NCBI GenBank assembly: GCA_965287045.1
Contig: OZ336873.1
Location: 89,094,001 to 89,158,000, forward strand
Reading direction: 5' to 3'
Length of the DNA stretch: 64,000 nucleotides
DNA from: Carcharhinus amblyrhynchos
Lineage: Eukaryota
In this document: one piece after another, positions 1 to 10,647 of the stretch
Layout of the letters: each line of letters begins with the position of its first letter
Numbering within the stretch: the first letter of the stretch is position 1
Made by a program: the position numbers and the translations under genes
The notes under the pieces: generated by a model
What the model was told of the DNA's origin: nothing
Seen by the model: only the letters and a program-made list of their open reading frames with translations
Databases searched by the model: none

Positions 1-789
1 AACCCTCATCCCTCACATCATCACCTGCCCCAACCCTCCGCAACCACTAAATCCACTTCCCATTGTCCTTTATCGCTCCCTCACCAATTTACCCCATTTC
101 CACCATGAGCAATCTTCAGAACCTATAATGAGATGACATAAAGGTCTAGTTGTGCATTCCAGCCTTTATTCTCATACAAAAATGCTTCCATTCAATGCTC
201 TCAAGGACTTAACCTTTGGAAAAACATATCTGTATCCATAAGTCCACATCAAAGATAGATAATCCTTCCAATAGTCTCTGGAGCTGTCAATCAAACTGTG
301 AACTCACAATCCCCCTGCTGAGATAATTGTGGATAGCAACCAAGCATGAAAATAATATAAAGATAACTCTTGGGTAATGTCAACAAACAGCTATTGTAAC
401 ATCTAGAACAGTCCTTCTTTTAACTCTCAGTGGCACAGGCTCTCTTTTTAAAGGAATGGGAATTTAAATAACTTCACAGCTTGAATTTTTTTAACTCTCA
501 GTGAAAAAATTGGACTGTTTTTGTTTCAAAATTTATAAGACCTGAGAACTTAAATAACTCCACATCTTGACAGTTCTGCAGACCTTATCCACCCATCATG
601 CATCTTTACATCTCCTCCATAAAATTGTCACTGACACTGTGAAGGGGTTCGATAGTGTCTGGGTTTTCCACCTCTGAATCATGCCTGTCCTCGTTCCCCC
701 TACTGCAGAAACTAGAATCTGTCAGAAATGAGGACAGGGCTTCTGTATCTGGGTCAATCTCACCAGTTTTCAAGATCCCCAAAGTCTTC

Positions 790-1265
790 CCAGACTCCTT
801 TCCAGACTGGCAGAAAATCTTCCAGACAACAACTTTGCTGCCAATGATAACATGTTGCAGAAAATCATAGCACTCAAGACAGCTGCAATGCTGAAAGAAA
901 TTCAATGGCCTCACTTGAGTTGCCAGAGTAAGAATACTACTCTCTTGCTCCCTGCTCACATGTTCATCATACCAAGACTAACCAGCCAAAATATTCCCAA
1001 GCCTCCATCAATCAATACTCCACCTCTTCTCACCCTTACCACTATTGATTCCCCACATAGCACATCTCACACAACACATACAAGTTATCCTGTCATGTTC
1101 ACTAACCACTTCATAAGGGCTTTTCATACTTGCAGATGGAGTTCTCCAACGTTTCCAATCGAAAGGCTGTCATCAGAAGAGGTTGAGCCCACCTGCATAC
1201 AATCTTGCCTATTAAAGTATGCTGGCCATCACAGGCAGTATTCAAGTTATGACCATGATAATTGG
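790..1265 (+). pseudogene. Decayed PIF/Harbinger Myb/SANT-like (NAIF1-like) gene, exons 1-2
   Basis: Manual translation gives GRKSSRQQL..Q**HVAE and QC*KKFNGLT*VAR followed by a GTAAG donor at 928. After the TTGCAG acceptor (1135) it reads ..IRRG*AHLH..(frameshift)LAITG. This matches the QCRKKFNDL / TGGG..LH.L motifs of Harbinger Myb proteins. Stops and frameshifts are present. Confidence 0.6.
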
Positions 1266-1585
1266 CAAACTTGAAAGAAAACAGCCTTCCTGAAGATGTG
1301 CTTGTGCCCCACCTGACCCACACAAGCACTAGTTTAGAGAAGGATGCCATAAGTGCACTAGAGATGAGGCCAAAGGACCAATTGTCTCTTCATCAATTAC
1401 TGGACACAGGTGCATGAGGACTATGTTATGAAGATAGAAGGTTCCAGGTGCCAGAAACATGGTGGTAGTAAGGAGGTGATGAAAATGATTGTGGGAGTAC
1501 GATATATTTGCCATGGAAAGGATCCTTCAGGCAAAATATGTTTTGATGAGTTTCTGACTAATATTGTGCCTGTTCTTCATGCTCC

Positions 1586-1700
1586 ACATCTGGCTATAAA
1601 AGTAGCTGAATAAGACATTTCAATACAGGTCCTTTTTCTGCTGCAGATACAGAATCCGTATTGAAATGTCTTATTCAGTCACTTTAATAGCTTAGATGGG
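1586..1700. repeat. ~115-bp near-perfect palindrome (fold-back)
   Basis: Perfect 21-bp arms CTGAATAAGACATTTCAATAC (1606-1626) and its reverse complement (1658-1678). Imperfect pairing extends outward and inward to a centre at 1642. Confidence 0.9.
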
Positions 1701-2630
1701 CATCCTGGATGCCTTTGGAGGAGATGGAATAAGGGTGACATACCTTCAGCTCATAATGAATACATGTCATATTAGACCATTAGACATCAATGTTGCACAT
1801 GATAAATGAGCACAATACCAAAGCAAGGAATCACACAACATTCTTCACTTAGTTCATTGTTTTATTGGTGTAGTTATTTTCGTACAGGCGTTTGATCTAA
1901 TTAAGAAATTAATTTTTCAGATGACTAACAATTTGAATTAGATTCAAAAATAGTCAACAGAGCACAACAAACACAACAACATGAGAGAAGTGTGTAACGT
2001 TACATTTAATTTACAGGGATTCTTTGGGCTCATGTATAATGAGTCAAATGGCTTCCTTCCATCCTATGGTTCTCTGATCTAAGAAAAGGCTCTCAGCAAC
2101 CCCAACACCTCCCACTCCCTCTCCCACTTACAAACAGGCAATATTGTTTTTGTCAATTTCTAGACTCCTAAATTGTTTACTAAATCTGAATCTGGCCATT
2201 ATTTCTGATCACCAGCTAGAAGGTTTGGAAATCATCCACCATTACTTGCCTCACTTTTGGGTATAAGGTATGTCTTCCCTCACCACTATTGGAGCTATAG
2301 TAATGAACTGATATTGCCCAGTTAGCATGTCGTTCAAGTGCACTCTGCTATATGAGATGAGGAGGAAGAGAAAACAGTCTCACAGTGTCACCATGGGAAG
2401 GACTTGGCAATCATTGTGAAGAGGATTGCATGTTCTTTGGCTTAATTGAAGGTCTTGCCAGTAATTACCTTTTGTACAAAAACAAGTTACCTTAGGAACC
2501 ATATCATCTCTATTTGCACTTAGTGGTTCTGGTCCTTTTCCTATTGCTGCACACCATGAAGCAAACACAAGTGGAGAATTTTTCCAATTAATTTGTGAAA
2601 CATTCAGACGGCTCTATTCTAAGCTTTTTT

Positions 2631-2969
2631 CATAGAATCCCTACAGTGCAGAAGGAGGCAATTTGGCCCATCGAGACAGCACCGACAACAATCTCACCCA
2701 GGCCCTATCCTCGTAACCCCACACATTTACCCTGTCAATCCCTGCCTGACATTAAGAGGCAATTTAGCATGGGCAATCAACCTAACCTGCACATCTTTGG
2801 GACAAAACCGGAGCACCTAGAGGAAACTCACGCAGACAAGGGGAGAATGTGCAAACTCCATACAGCCACCACCTGAGACCGGAATTGAACCCACGCCCCC
2901 GACACTGAGAGGCAGCAGTGCTAACCGCTGTGCGGCAGCAGTGCTAACCACTGTGCTACCGTGCCGCCC
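2631..2969 (-). mobile_element. HE1 (V-SINE), CR1-type tail
   Basis: tRNA-like head GGGCGGCACGGTAGCACAGTGGTTAGCACTGCTGCC, B-box GGTTCAATTCC, V-core GAGTTTGCACATTCTCCCC, tail ...CTGCACTGTAGGGATTCTATG. A 23-bp duplication lies in the head. Confidence 0.92.
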
Positions 2970-3898
2970 TGTTGTCGAATGCTGCATTCTCATCATTCTG
3001 CTCCGTTGCCATGACACCTGGAAAATGTATTTTTCGGCTGCCAAGTTGGTGATGTCCAAGTTCCAGTAGCCTTTTAATACAGTAAAACAGCAGACCACCT
3101 GTGGTTACAAACTAAAATTTTAATCTTAATTTTTTTTGAATCTGTGTTCTATACATTCAAATCTATGTTTTCACTGTCCCTTCGTTCAGGAACAAGACCT
3201 CAACAAACATTCTGGCCTGTCATTCAGACTACTGGCTCCCAAACATTCTCTAAGGAGTTAGTGTAGAACAGTGATTAGGAACCCAGTCACAGTATTGATA
3301 ATGTCTGGAACAGATGTCATACTGAAGTAATAAAGCTGTCTGGGACACTGCCTTTACCCTCGGGAGCATTGGGTTCCCAGAGTGAATAAGGAGGGGGAGG
3401 ATAGAAACTGGAAAAAATTAAAATGTTTGCCTCTTATTGTCCACCCAATTCTGCAGGAACTAAGCTAAATCTGCCAGTCAGAGGAGCTTAGAAATAGTAG
3501 AGCATTAGAAATTACTGCTCACTTTCAAAGAGGCACCAAATATTAAATAATTACTATTAATCTTACTTGACATTTATCCATGTATTGATCTATAATTGAC
3601 AAAGGAAGAATAGTTGCTATTGTATGCACCATGTGAAAAGAAAACACTTGCATATGTGCCACGTAGGAGATACATACACTTTGTACAACAGGAGCTTGTT
3701 GTATGTGACATAGTGGATCACTGAAGTTTGGCTCCTCTGTTATCAACACAACTTGTTTTGTTCTCCATTATTGCGTGTTTTATCAAAATCAGTGAATTCC
3801 TTATCTTGTTTCAGCTGTACTGGAAATAACAGCTCAGAATCTGAAGACAGGTCTAAACTTGGCTTATTCCTTTGGATAGCTGGGGGAGTGACATGGAA

Positions 3899-4356
3899 AA
3901 ACATAAGAACATAAGAAATAGGAGCAGGAGTAGGCCATCTAGCCCTTCGAGCCTGCCCCGCCATTCAATGAGATCATGGCTGGTCTGAAGTGGATCAGTT
4001 CCACTTACCTGCCTGCTCCCCATAACTCTTCACTCCCTAATTGATCAGAAACCTATCTACCCGTGACTTAAACATATTCAACGAGGTAGCCTCCACCACT
4101 TCAATGGGCAGGGAATTTCAGAGATTCATTATCCTCTGAGAGAAGAAGTTCCTCCTCAACTCTGTTCTAAACTGCCCCCCTCCTTATTCTCTGTTCTAAA
4201 CTGCCCCCCTCCTTATTTTGAGGCTGTGCCCTCTAGTTCTGCTATCCTTTCTAAGTGGAAAGAATCTCTCTACCTCTACCCTATCTAGCCCCTTCATTAT
4301 CTTATATGTCTCTATAAGATTCCCCCTCAGCCTTCTAAACTCCAATGAGTACAGGC
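3899..4356 (-). mobile_element. 5'-truncated CR1 LINE 3' end
   Basis: Tail (TTCTTATG)n, reading AACATAAGAACATAAGAAATAGGAGCAGGAGTAGGCC on +, and a CR1 ORF2 C-terminal region. A 29-bp tandem duplication lies at 4160-4217. Confidence 0.85.
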
Positions 4357-4364
4357 ACAAAAGT

Positions 4365-4492
4365 ATTCCCTGCCCTTTGAAGTGGTGGAGGCTACCTCGT
4401 TGAATATGTTTAAATCACGGGTAGATAGGTTTCTGATCAACAAGGGAGTTAAGAGTTATGGGGAGCAGGAGGGTAAGTGGAACTGATCCACT
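4365..4492 (+). repeat. Inverted 128-bp copy of 3989-4116 (CR1 sequence)
   Basis: The reverse complement aligns gap-free to 3989-4116 with about 7 mismatches, counted by eye. Confidence 0.92.
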
Positions 4493-4929
4493 GTGAAATT
4501 TGCTTTAAAATTTTATTGACAGCAACAGAAGTAGCACAAAACATATTCTAACTGTCTTCGCTTAACCCAAGGATAGGACTCCAGTAGTCCCGTTGCTCCT
4601 ACTGACTGGTGCGTCCATTTGGCAGGGAACATTGTGCTGGAGAAGAATGCATACTACTTTGTGTGAAGAAACAAAGAAGATGAGCATGGAACCCTCAGAC
4701 TCTGAGCAGTCAGATGCCAGAAGGAGGGCAGAAGGGTTGAAGGAGGCTGTCCACCCACCAGAAAAGAGAAGGAGAGACAGGGCAACCTGTGGGGAAAGGT
4801 TCACACACCTGGAACATCATCTGTCACTATGACACACAATCAGTTTTGAAAGTGACTAATGCCAAGTTGGAGTGATGATAAACATGTCACATGGTCCAGC
4901 AGGAGCAGGTCAAGCTACAGTCCATCGTC

Positions 4930-6115
4930 CTCATGCTCTGCCAGTGGCAGTGAAGGTAACCATCACTCTCAACATCTGAGCCTCATGATCTTTCCAGGGG
5001 TCATCAGGAGACCTGTCTGATCATATCCCAGTCAGTAACACACAGTTAGTTGCTTTATGGTTGGGGAATCATATTCTTTTCCATATTGATTCGGTATCTC
5101 AGACACAGACAGCCATGGCCTTTGGCTTCCCTCAGGGTGTTACTGTTCACACCCGAGTTTCCATTCAGTGCCCAACCCAAAATGTAACACCTTTGTCAAT
5201 CTTAAATCCTGCCACTCAATCAATGTGTTGGTGTTTTGTGACTAGAATAGGGTCTTCCGTCATGTGTATACAAGGTTCCGTGGCAGCTAACAGACTCCTT
5301 CATACTAAATCACTCAGCTATTTCATCAACTAATAAGATCTGTGGTTGGCTTCTAGGATACCACAGCTACCCCTTAAGAACTTGAACAATGAGCCCCTTT
5401 TGGTAACTCAGAAAGGGAGACAAGAGCACAACTACAACAGCAGCTGTGCCATCATCAGGAGAACCACCAAGCAGACAATGGTATTTTAAAGGCGTTATTT
5501 AAAGTGCCTTGATTGCTTGGCTGGAGCTCTACAATATGCCCCAGCTGAGGAATCAAGAATAGTAGGGGAGTGCTGCTTGCTACACAACATTGCGAGTGGC
5601 AAGGAATGTAAATCAATGGCAATGACACCATGGTTGTAATTGCAACTTCTGAGGTGGAGGTACAGTGACACAGTGGTTAACACTGCTGCCTCAAAGCTCC
5701 AAGGACCTGGGTTCAATTCCAGGCTTGGATGACTGTGTGGAGTCTGCACATTCTTCCTATGTTTGCATGGGTTTCCTCCAGGTGCTCCGGTTTCCTCCCA
5801 CAGTCCAAAATGTGTAGGTTAGGGGGATTAGCCATGGTAAATTTGTGGGGTTATAGGGATAGGATAGAAGGAGAGGGTCTGGGTAAGGTGCCTTGTCAGA
5901 GAGTCAGTGCATACCCCGTTGGCCAAATGGCTGATTCTGCATTGTATGGATCCTAAGTTGAGAAGGAGGAGGTTGAAGAGGAGGAGGGAGCCCCTGTCTA
6001 TCAGAAGATTCTGAAATCGATGAGGATGAGGTGGCCTCCAATGGCAGCTGGGAGGTGTGGCCAAGTAGCCAGGACTGACTTTGCTCAGGAACAATAATTG
6101 ACAGAGGGATCCTTC
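4930..6115 (+). pseudogene. Decayed Harbinger (HARBI1-like DDE) transposase, interrupted by HE1
   Basis: HALPVAVKVTITLNI*AS*SFQGSSGDL, GFPQ, HSINV..FCD, GWLLG..SYPL, CLD..AGALQYAP..SRIV..CCLLHNIA and an acidic tail. Many stops and frameshifts. Confidence 0.85.
5657..5956 (+). mobile_element. HE1 (V-SINE), older copy
   Basis: CAGTGGTTAACACTGCTGCCTCA head, GGTTCAATTCC B-box, V-core and a degenerate CR1-type tail. Confidence 0.88.
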
Positions 6116-6593
6116 TGCAAAATGGATTCTTCGAGGGTCCTCCCATATCACAGCTGCCATCAGCCAGTCCCTGGTGACACATTTGCAGAAATATTTGAGG
6201 GACCACATGCTTAAAGGATTGGTTCCTCGATAATGAGGAGTACCCCAGGAGACAAGGCTAATAACTCTCATTCACCATCATTTGAGTGCATTTGAGAAGG
6301 GACACAATCTTCAGAGGGAGAGTCGGAACTAATAAAGGATAATGTTTAGACTTAAAAGAGCAAATGAAATAACACTGCAGGGAGGCTTGAAAAACTATGG
6401 TGCTCAGTGATGAATAATGCTTTTACCAAAATCTTAGAGTCAAAAAATAAAGGACATTGCACATTTACCTTCCACAATCTGACTGGCTGGATGTTTTTGT
6501 GTCACAGGCAAAGGAATGTTTCCTGGGTGGATGCCCCTGGGCTATGTGGCTGGCACTCCTCCCTTTGGTTTTCTGACGATTTTTCGCTGACTC

Positions 6594-8200
6594 CTAGAGA
6601 AGAAAGAGCAGTGGAGGGAGGTTGGGATGACCTGCCTCCCTCTTGCTTAGCCACTGCTGGAACCCACCCATGGCTAGAGCAATGGCATGTAGGCCCAGGT
6701 GCGAATTCAGCTGAAACTGTGCTGGACTTGGGTCTCCAAGGTGGTTGCTCCCGTTCCCATTGAGACTTTGATGTGTCCACATAACAGAACCGCAACACCA
6801 GACAAAGCATAGGCGGATTCCTCCATCCTTTTTTCCAGAATGGTGACAGCCTCTGACAGCCCTCTCTGATTTTCCCTTGCCTGTCTCTGCATCTCCAACA
6901 TTTGTCTCAGGGCGGTTGCAGACACTCGTAATCACACTTAGACTCAACTGGTTCCTCATATCCATTAGTCCTCTCAGTGTAATTGCCTCTGTTTGCTGTG
7001 GATGTGTGTCCATGAGGTGATCAATAGGTTGGCGCCAAACCTAATCTAAAACTAAGGTGTGTGCATCCTCCGCTGGTGGAGGATGCAGGTTAACATAGTA
7101 ATGAATCTTTATTGGATGGATTCTTTGTCTTCTCATCTGAGGTGCTCTGGGTGCTGAGGCTGAGGCATTTGCTTGACCTCTCCTCTGCCTTTTCTTTCTG
7201 GTAGCTGGAATAGAAAGAAGAGATAATTTATGATTTACTAGACAGACTCTTACACTATGAGTCAATCACAGTAGGTGGGTGGGATTTTACAGCCTCGCTC
7301 ATCCTGAAACTGTAAAATCCTGCCTGAGGTCAATGGACCTTTCCATGTCTGACCCTCACCTGCTCCGATTCCCATGGCGGGTGGGTCCATAAAATTCCAG
7401 CCATTGTCAGAACGCTGTCAATGTGTACTGCATGGAGCCTCAGAGGCTCGTTGTTGGGGGATTTTGAGGTCACCTCCACACAGGAATGTCCTTGCCAGCC
7501 AGGCTAGCAGCTTATTCCTCATGAAGGGAGAGTACCTTCAGCTCTGGGATACTCCTCTGTTCGTTACTCTCTTCCACCAAATATGGACAAACTTGTCCTG
7601 CATAAAGTCAGATGGATTGATTATGGATGAAAGAGCAGATCAAAAGGTTGCATATACTGAACCATCCCCAGTATGGGCTAAGGTGTTATTTGTACAAGAT
7701 CCTAAGGATATGGGGATCTTAAAGTGGCTAGCGGACAATCAGGGCTGATGTCCCATTAACTGGTGGTGCATGTCATTCTTGTGGATTCTATCCCTCAGAC
7801 TGCCTGATGCCCTTGTGAAGGTCTGAGTTTAGAATAAGTAGAAGACTCACTTCACTTCAGAGCACATTAGATCATTCATCCTTTTCTTGCACTGCAGGGC
7901 AGTCCTATTCTGAGTGCCACGGATACTGACTTCCTGATGACCTTCTCCTAAGCCAGCGTGGTAACATGGGTGTACTAGATGGGAAGACACCATGGGATGC
8001 ATGGATTAGTTGGGCTGTGTTGCTTTATGACTCTATGACTCTAAGACCTCATGCTCCAATCCAAAGAAAGGGGACCTCTTGCCTTTCCTAAAGGCATGGA
8101 GGAGAATCTTCAGGGAGACCTCACCGATCCATGGTGCAAAGAGCTCAGATCTCTTCAGTGTATAGTTTGCCTCTTCACCAGAATGACTGGCCTACAAGGA
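6594..8200 (-). pseudogene. Decayed Harbinger Myb/SANT-like gene (3 exons), convergent with the transposase
   Basis: Exon 1 reads VSIRGTQNRTALQCKKRMNDL with a GTGAGT donor at 7850. Exon 2 follows the TTTATGCAG acceptor (7598) and reads DKFVH..(fs)PELKVLSLHEE*AASLAGKD. Exon 3 follows the CTATTCCAG acceptor (7205) and includes the coiled-coil-like ALRQMLEMQRQARENQRGLSEAVTILEKRMEES. Confidence 0.75.
7277..7403. mobile_element. Harbinger-type MITE
   Basis: Ends GGGTGGGATTTTAC...ATAAAATTCCAGCC. Related copies at 16789-16913 (inverted) and ~42410-42520. Confidence 0.7.
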
Positions 8201-9611
8201 GTGCATATCTGTAAGGTATACACTCCTTGCAGGCCAGGTATTCTGGTGAAGGTAAATATGGTGCCTGAACTTTCAAACCCATGAGGTAATGAGAGGGTGG
8301 ATGAATCACTGTCTGCCACACCATGAGATTCAATAAGATCATCACTGATGAATAATTGATTAGCTAAAAAGCAGAAGATTGGGCTCAAAAGTTTACCCTG
8401 CCACCCAATGGGAATTAAGCACAGCTTCCTCCCCACACTTAATCTCCTCAATGGAAGAATTTGCCTGTTTTTTAAGTGAATAGCAAAGTGGTGCAAACTC
8501 TCTAGCAACTGTTGCAATTCACAAGCACAGAGTGCCTTTTCCTCGCAAATGTTGTTGGTTGTTTTAAACATCAACAGCCATTCATTAATAATTATTAAGT
8601 CATTATTTGGCCATCATATTTGGTTTCATGTTAAGGTAACAATTTAGAAGTGACTGAATTATTGCTTGGCAGATTAGTTTTCACATTCCATCCACATTGG
8701 ATACAGCAATAATTTTGATAAACATTTTATTGACCATCAGGGAAAGGGGACGTCTGTCCTTCTTTGTTGAGCTTATAATGCTTTGATTAAATTGCAAAAT
8801 TACTTGTTTTCATGTCAATTATGTTATATTGTTTCACTGTGTTTGCCAAACACACTGAAAATAATATAGCACACAGCCTTCAAGATACACTGTGCTCTAT
8901 AAATTCATTTTGTAAAACGACTGTCTAGATTTGCTGTTTGCTCTATTTGCCAAAACAAATAGAATTTTCTCTCCAAGTCCAGTGATGTAAACTAGTGCCA
9001 ATGCCTTTTCATTCTAACTTGCAGCAGTTCTGAGATATTAAGATCACGGCAGGGAATGTTGAGAGAAGCCAATTAACATTAACAAAGGCAGCACGCTCTG
9101 CAAGCCACCTTTTGAGTATTAAATCACTAATAAAGTTTGGAATGAGAGTATCACAATCGATTAAAAGACATTGATTATGCAGAAAAATAACAAAAACAAT
9201 TAAAATCAATCTTCCACTGTCGTAGCGTCCCAATTGTGAAAGAACTACAGCAGAGCAGCTTCAACATATTTTGTGGACTATTTCCCTAACAATCATTTCT
9301 TTTTACTGACAACATCTTTGAAGCAACAAATAAAGGAGTTACCAGAAGAAAAGCTAGAGAGCTTGACAAGTATCCTACTTGTGAAGTAATTATTAAGTGG
9401 ATGTTTCTGTACTGGAGTGAAATGCCACGTCACGGTTGACAAGGAAATGGCAGCAGTAAGACTGTGCAAGTTTCATCACTGAACTCCCCAGTGGAAGTGC
9501 CTGACTACTCATCACTGTGGCTGGCCTCTTGCTGCAAGGTATCTCATTATGATTTGAAACAAAAGAGTTGTTAGCTGCACACATCATTCGATTTCTCCTT
9601 GAAAAAATAAT

Positions 9612-9945
9612 AAAAGAAAGATTAAGATTTATGTGGCACTTTTGATGACCTTAGTAGGACATGCCAACTTGCTTTATAGCCAACCAATTACTTTTGAAGT
9701 GAAATCACTGTTGTAAAGGGAAATGCGGATGCAATTTGTGCATAGCAAGATTCCGCAAAATATGATCATGTCCTTTTGCATCCACCTGAGAGGGCAGTCA
9801 AGGTCTTGGTTTAACAACTCAGTCTAATAACAGCACCTCCAACAAGCAGAACTCCCTCAGATTTTGAGGTCTCTGGAGTGGAACTCAAACCCACAACCTT
9901 GGACTCAAATGTGAGCATGCTATGAACAGAACCACAATAGATACC
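9612..9945 (-). mobile_element. Deu-domain SINE (SacSINE1/AmnSINE1-related)
   Basis: Core on + TTTTGCATCCACCTGAGAGGGCAG..GGTCTTGGTTTAAC..CTC..AACAGCACCTCC..CAGAACTCCCTCAG, a B-box-like GGGTTTGAGTTCC on -, and a tail near 9615. Recognised from memory of the family. Confidence 0.7.
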
Positions 9946-9966
9946 TCACACAATGCTTGCTGATAA

Positions 9967-10310
9967 TGAGGTGATGGCCGAGCGGTATTATTGCTAGACA
10001 ATTAATCCAGAAAGTCAGCTAATGTTCCGGGGCCTAGGTTCAAATCCTGCCAAGGCAGCTGGTGGAATTTGAATTCAATAAAAACATATCTAGAATTAAG
10101 AAATTACCAAAGACCATGAAACCATTGTCAATTGCCGGAAAAATCCACTAATGTTCTTTAGGGATGGAAATCTGCCCTCCTTACCTGGTCTGGCTTACAT
10201 GTGACTCCAGAGCCACAGCAATGTAGTTGACTCTCAATTGCCCTCTGAAATGACCTAGCAAGCCACTCAGTTCAAGGGCAGCCAATTGCATCAGCATCCA
10301 GTGCGTGAAT
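9967..10310 (+). mobile_element. Elasmobranch tRNA-derived SINE (second family)
   Basis: A-box TGGCCGAGCGG, B-box GGTTCAAATCC, body CCTTACCTGGTCTGGCTTACATGTGACTCCAGAGCCACAGCAATG. The tail loosely resembles the LINE 3' end at ~37500-37565. Confidence 0.8.
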
Positions 10311-10647
10311 GCAACTAAAAATGCTATTCCCATGTTTGAGAAAGAGTGTCTGATTACTGTTTTTTATATATAAGCATTTTAATCAATGCCTATTTTGGAG
10401 AGAAAAAGTAATAGTACAGTTTGACTACAAGCCTCTTCAAAGCCTCTTTATCTGCTCCAAAGCACCTAAAAGGATGTTTGTTTGCAGAGATATGGAAGGG
10501 ATGTAAGAACAAGGCAAGCAGACATGCATTGCCCACATACTTTTGAAAGTTGCAATCCCTTTGAAGGAAGTTGATCACCCCAATACAGCGTGTGAAATCT
10601 TCCAGATACAATGAGAAATAAAAGCATGATTAGTAGCGGAAAGCCAT

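Noticed and set aside
410-570. Degenerate direct repeats (TTTTAACTCTCAGTG x2, TTTAAATAACT..ACA.CTTGA x2); also the 24-bp duplication at 12165-12212
   Set aside because: Two-copy local duplications only, not an array. Nothing CRISPR-like exists in this eukaryotic window.
1398-1417. LLDTGA aspartic-protease-like motif
   Set aside because: Followed immediately by a stop, with no flanking gag/pol similarity.
2881-2969. tRNA-like A and B boxes in SINE heads as possible tRNA genes
   Set aside because: They continue directly into SINE body and tail, with no complete cloverleaf.
4985-5016. CUGAUGA...GAAA on the minus strand (hammerhead-like)
   Set aside because: No stem II or stem III pairing, and it lies in transposase coding sequence.
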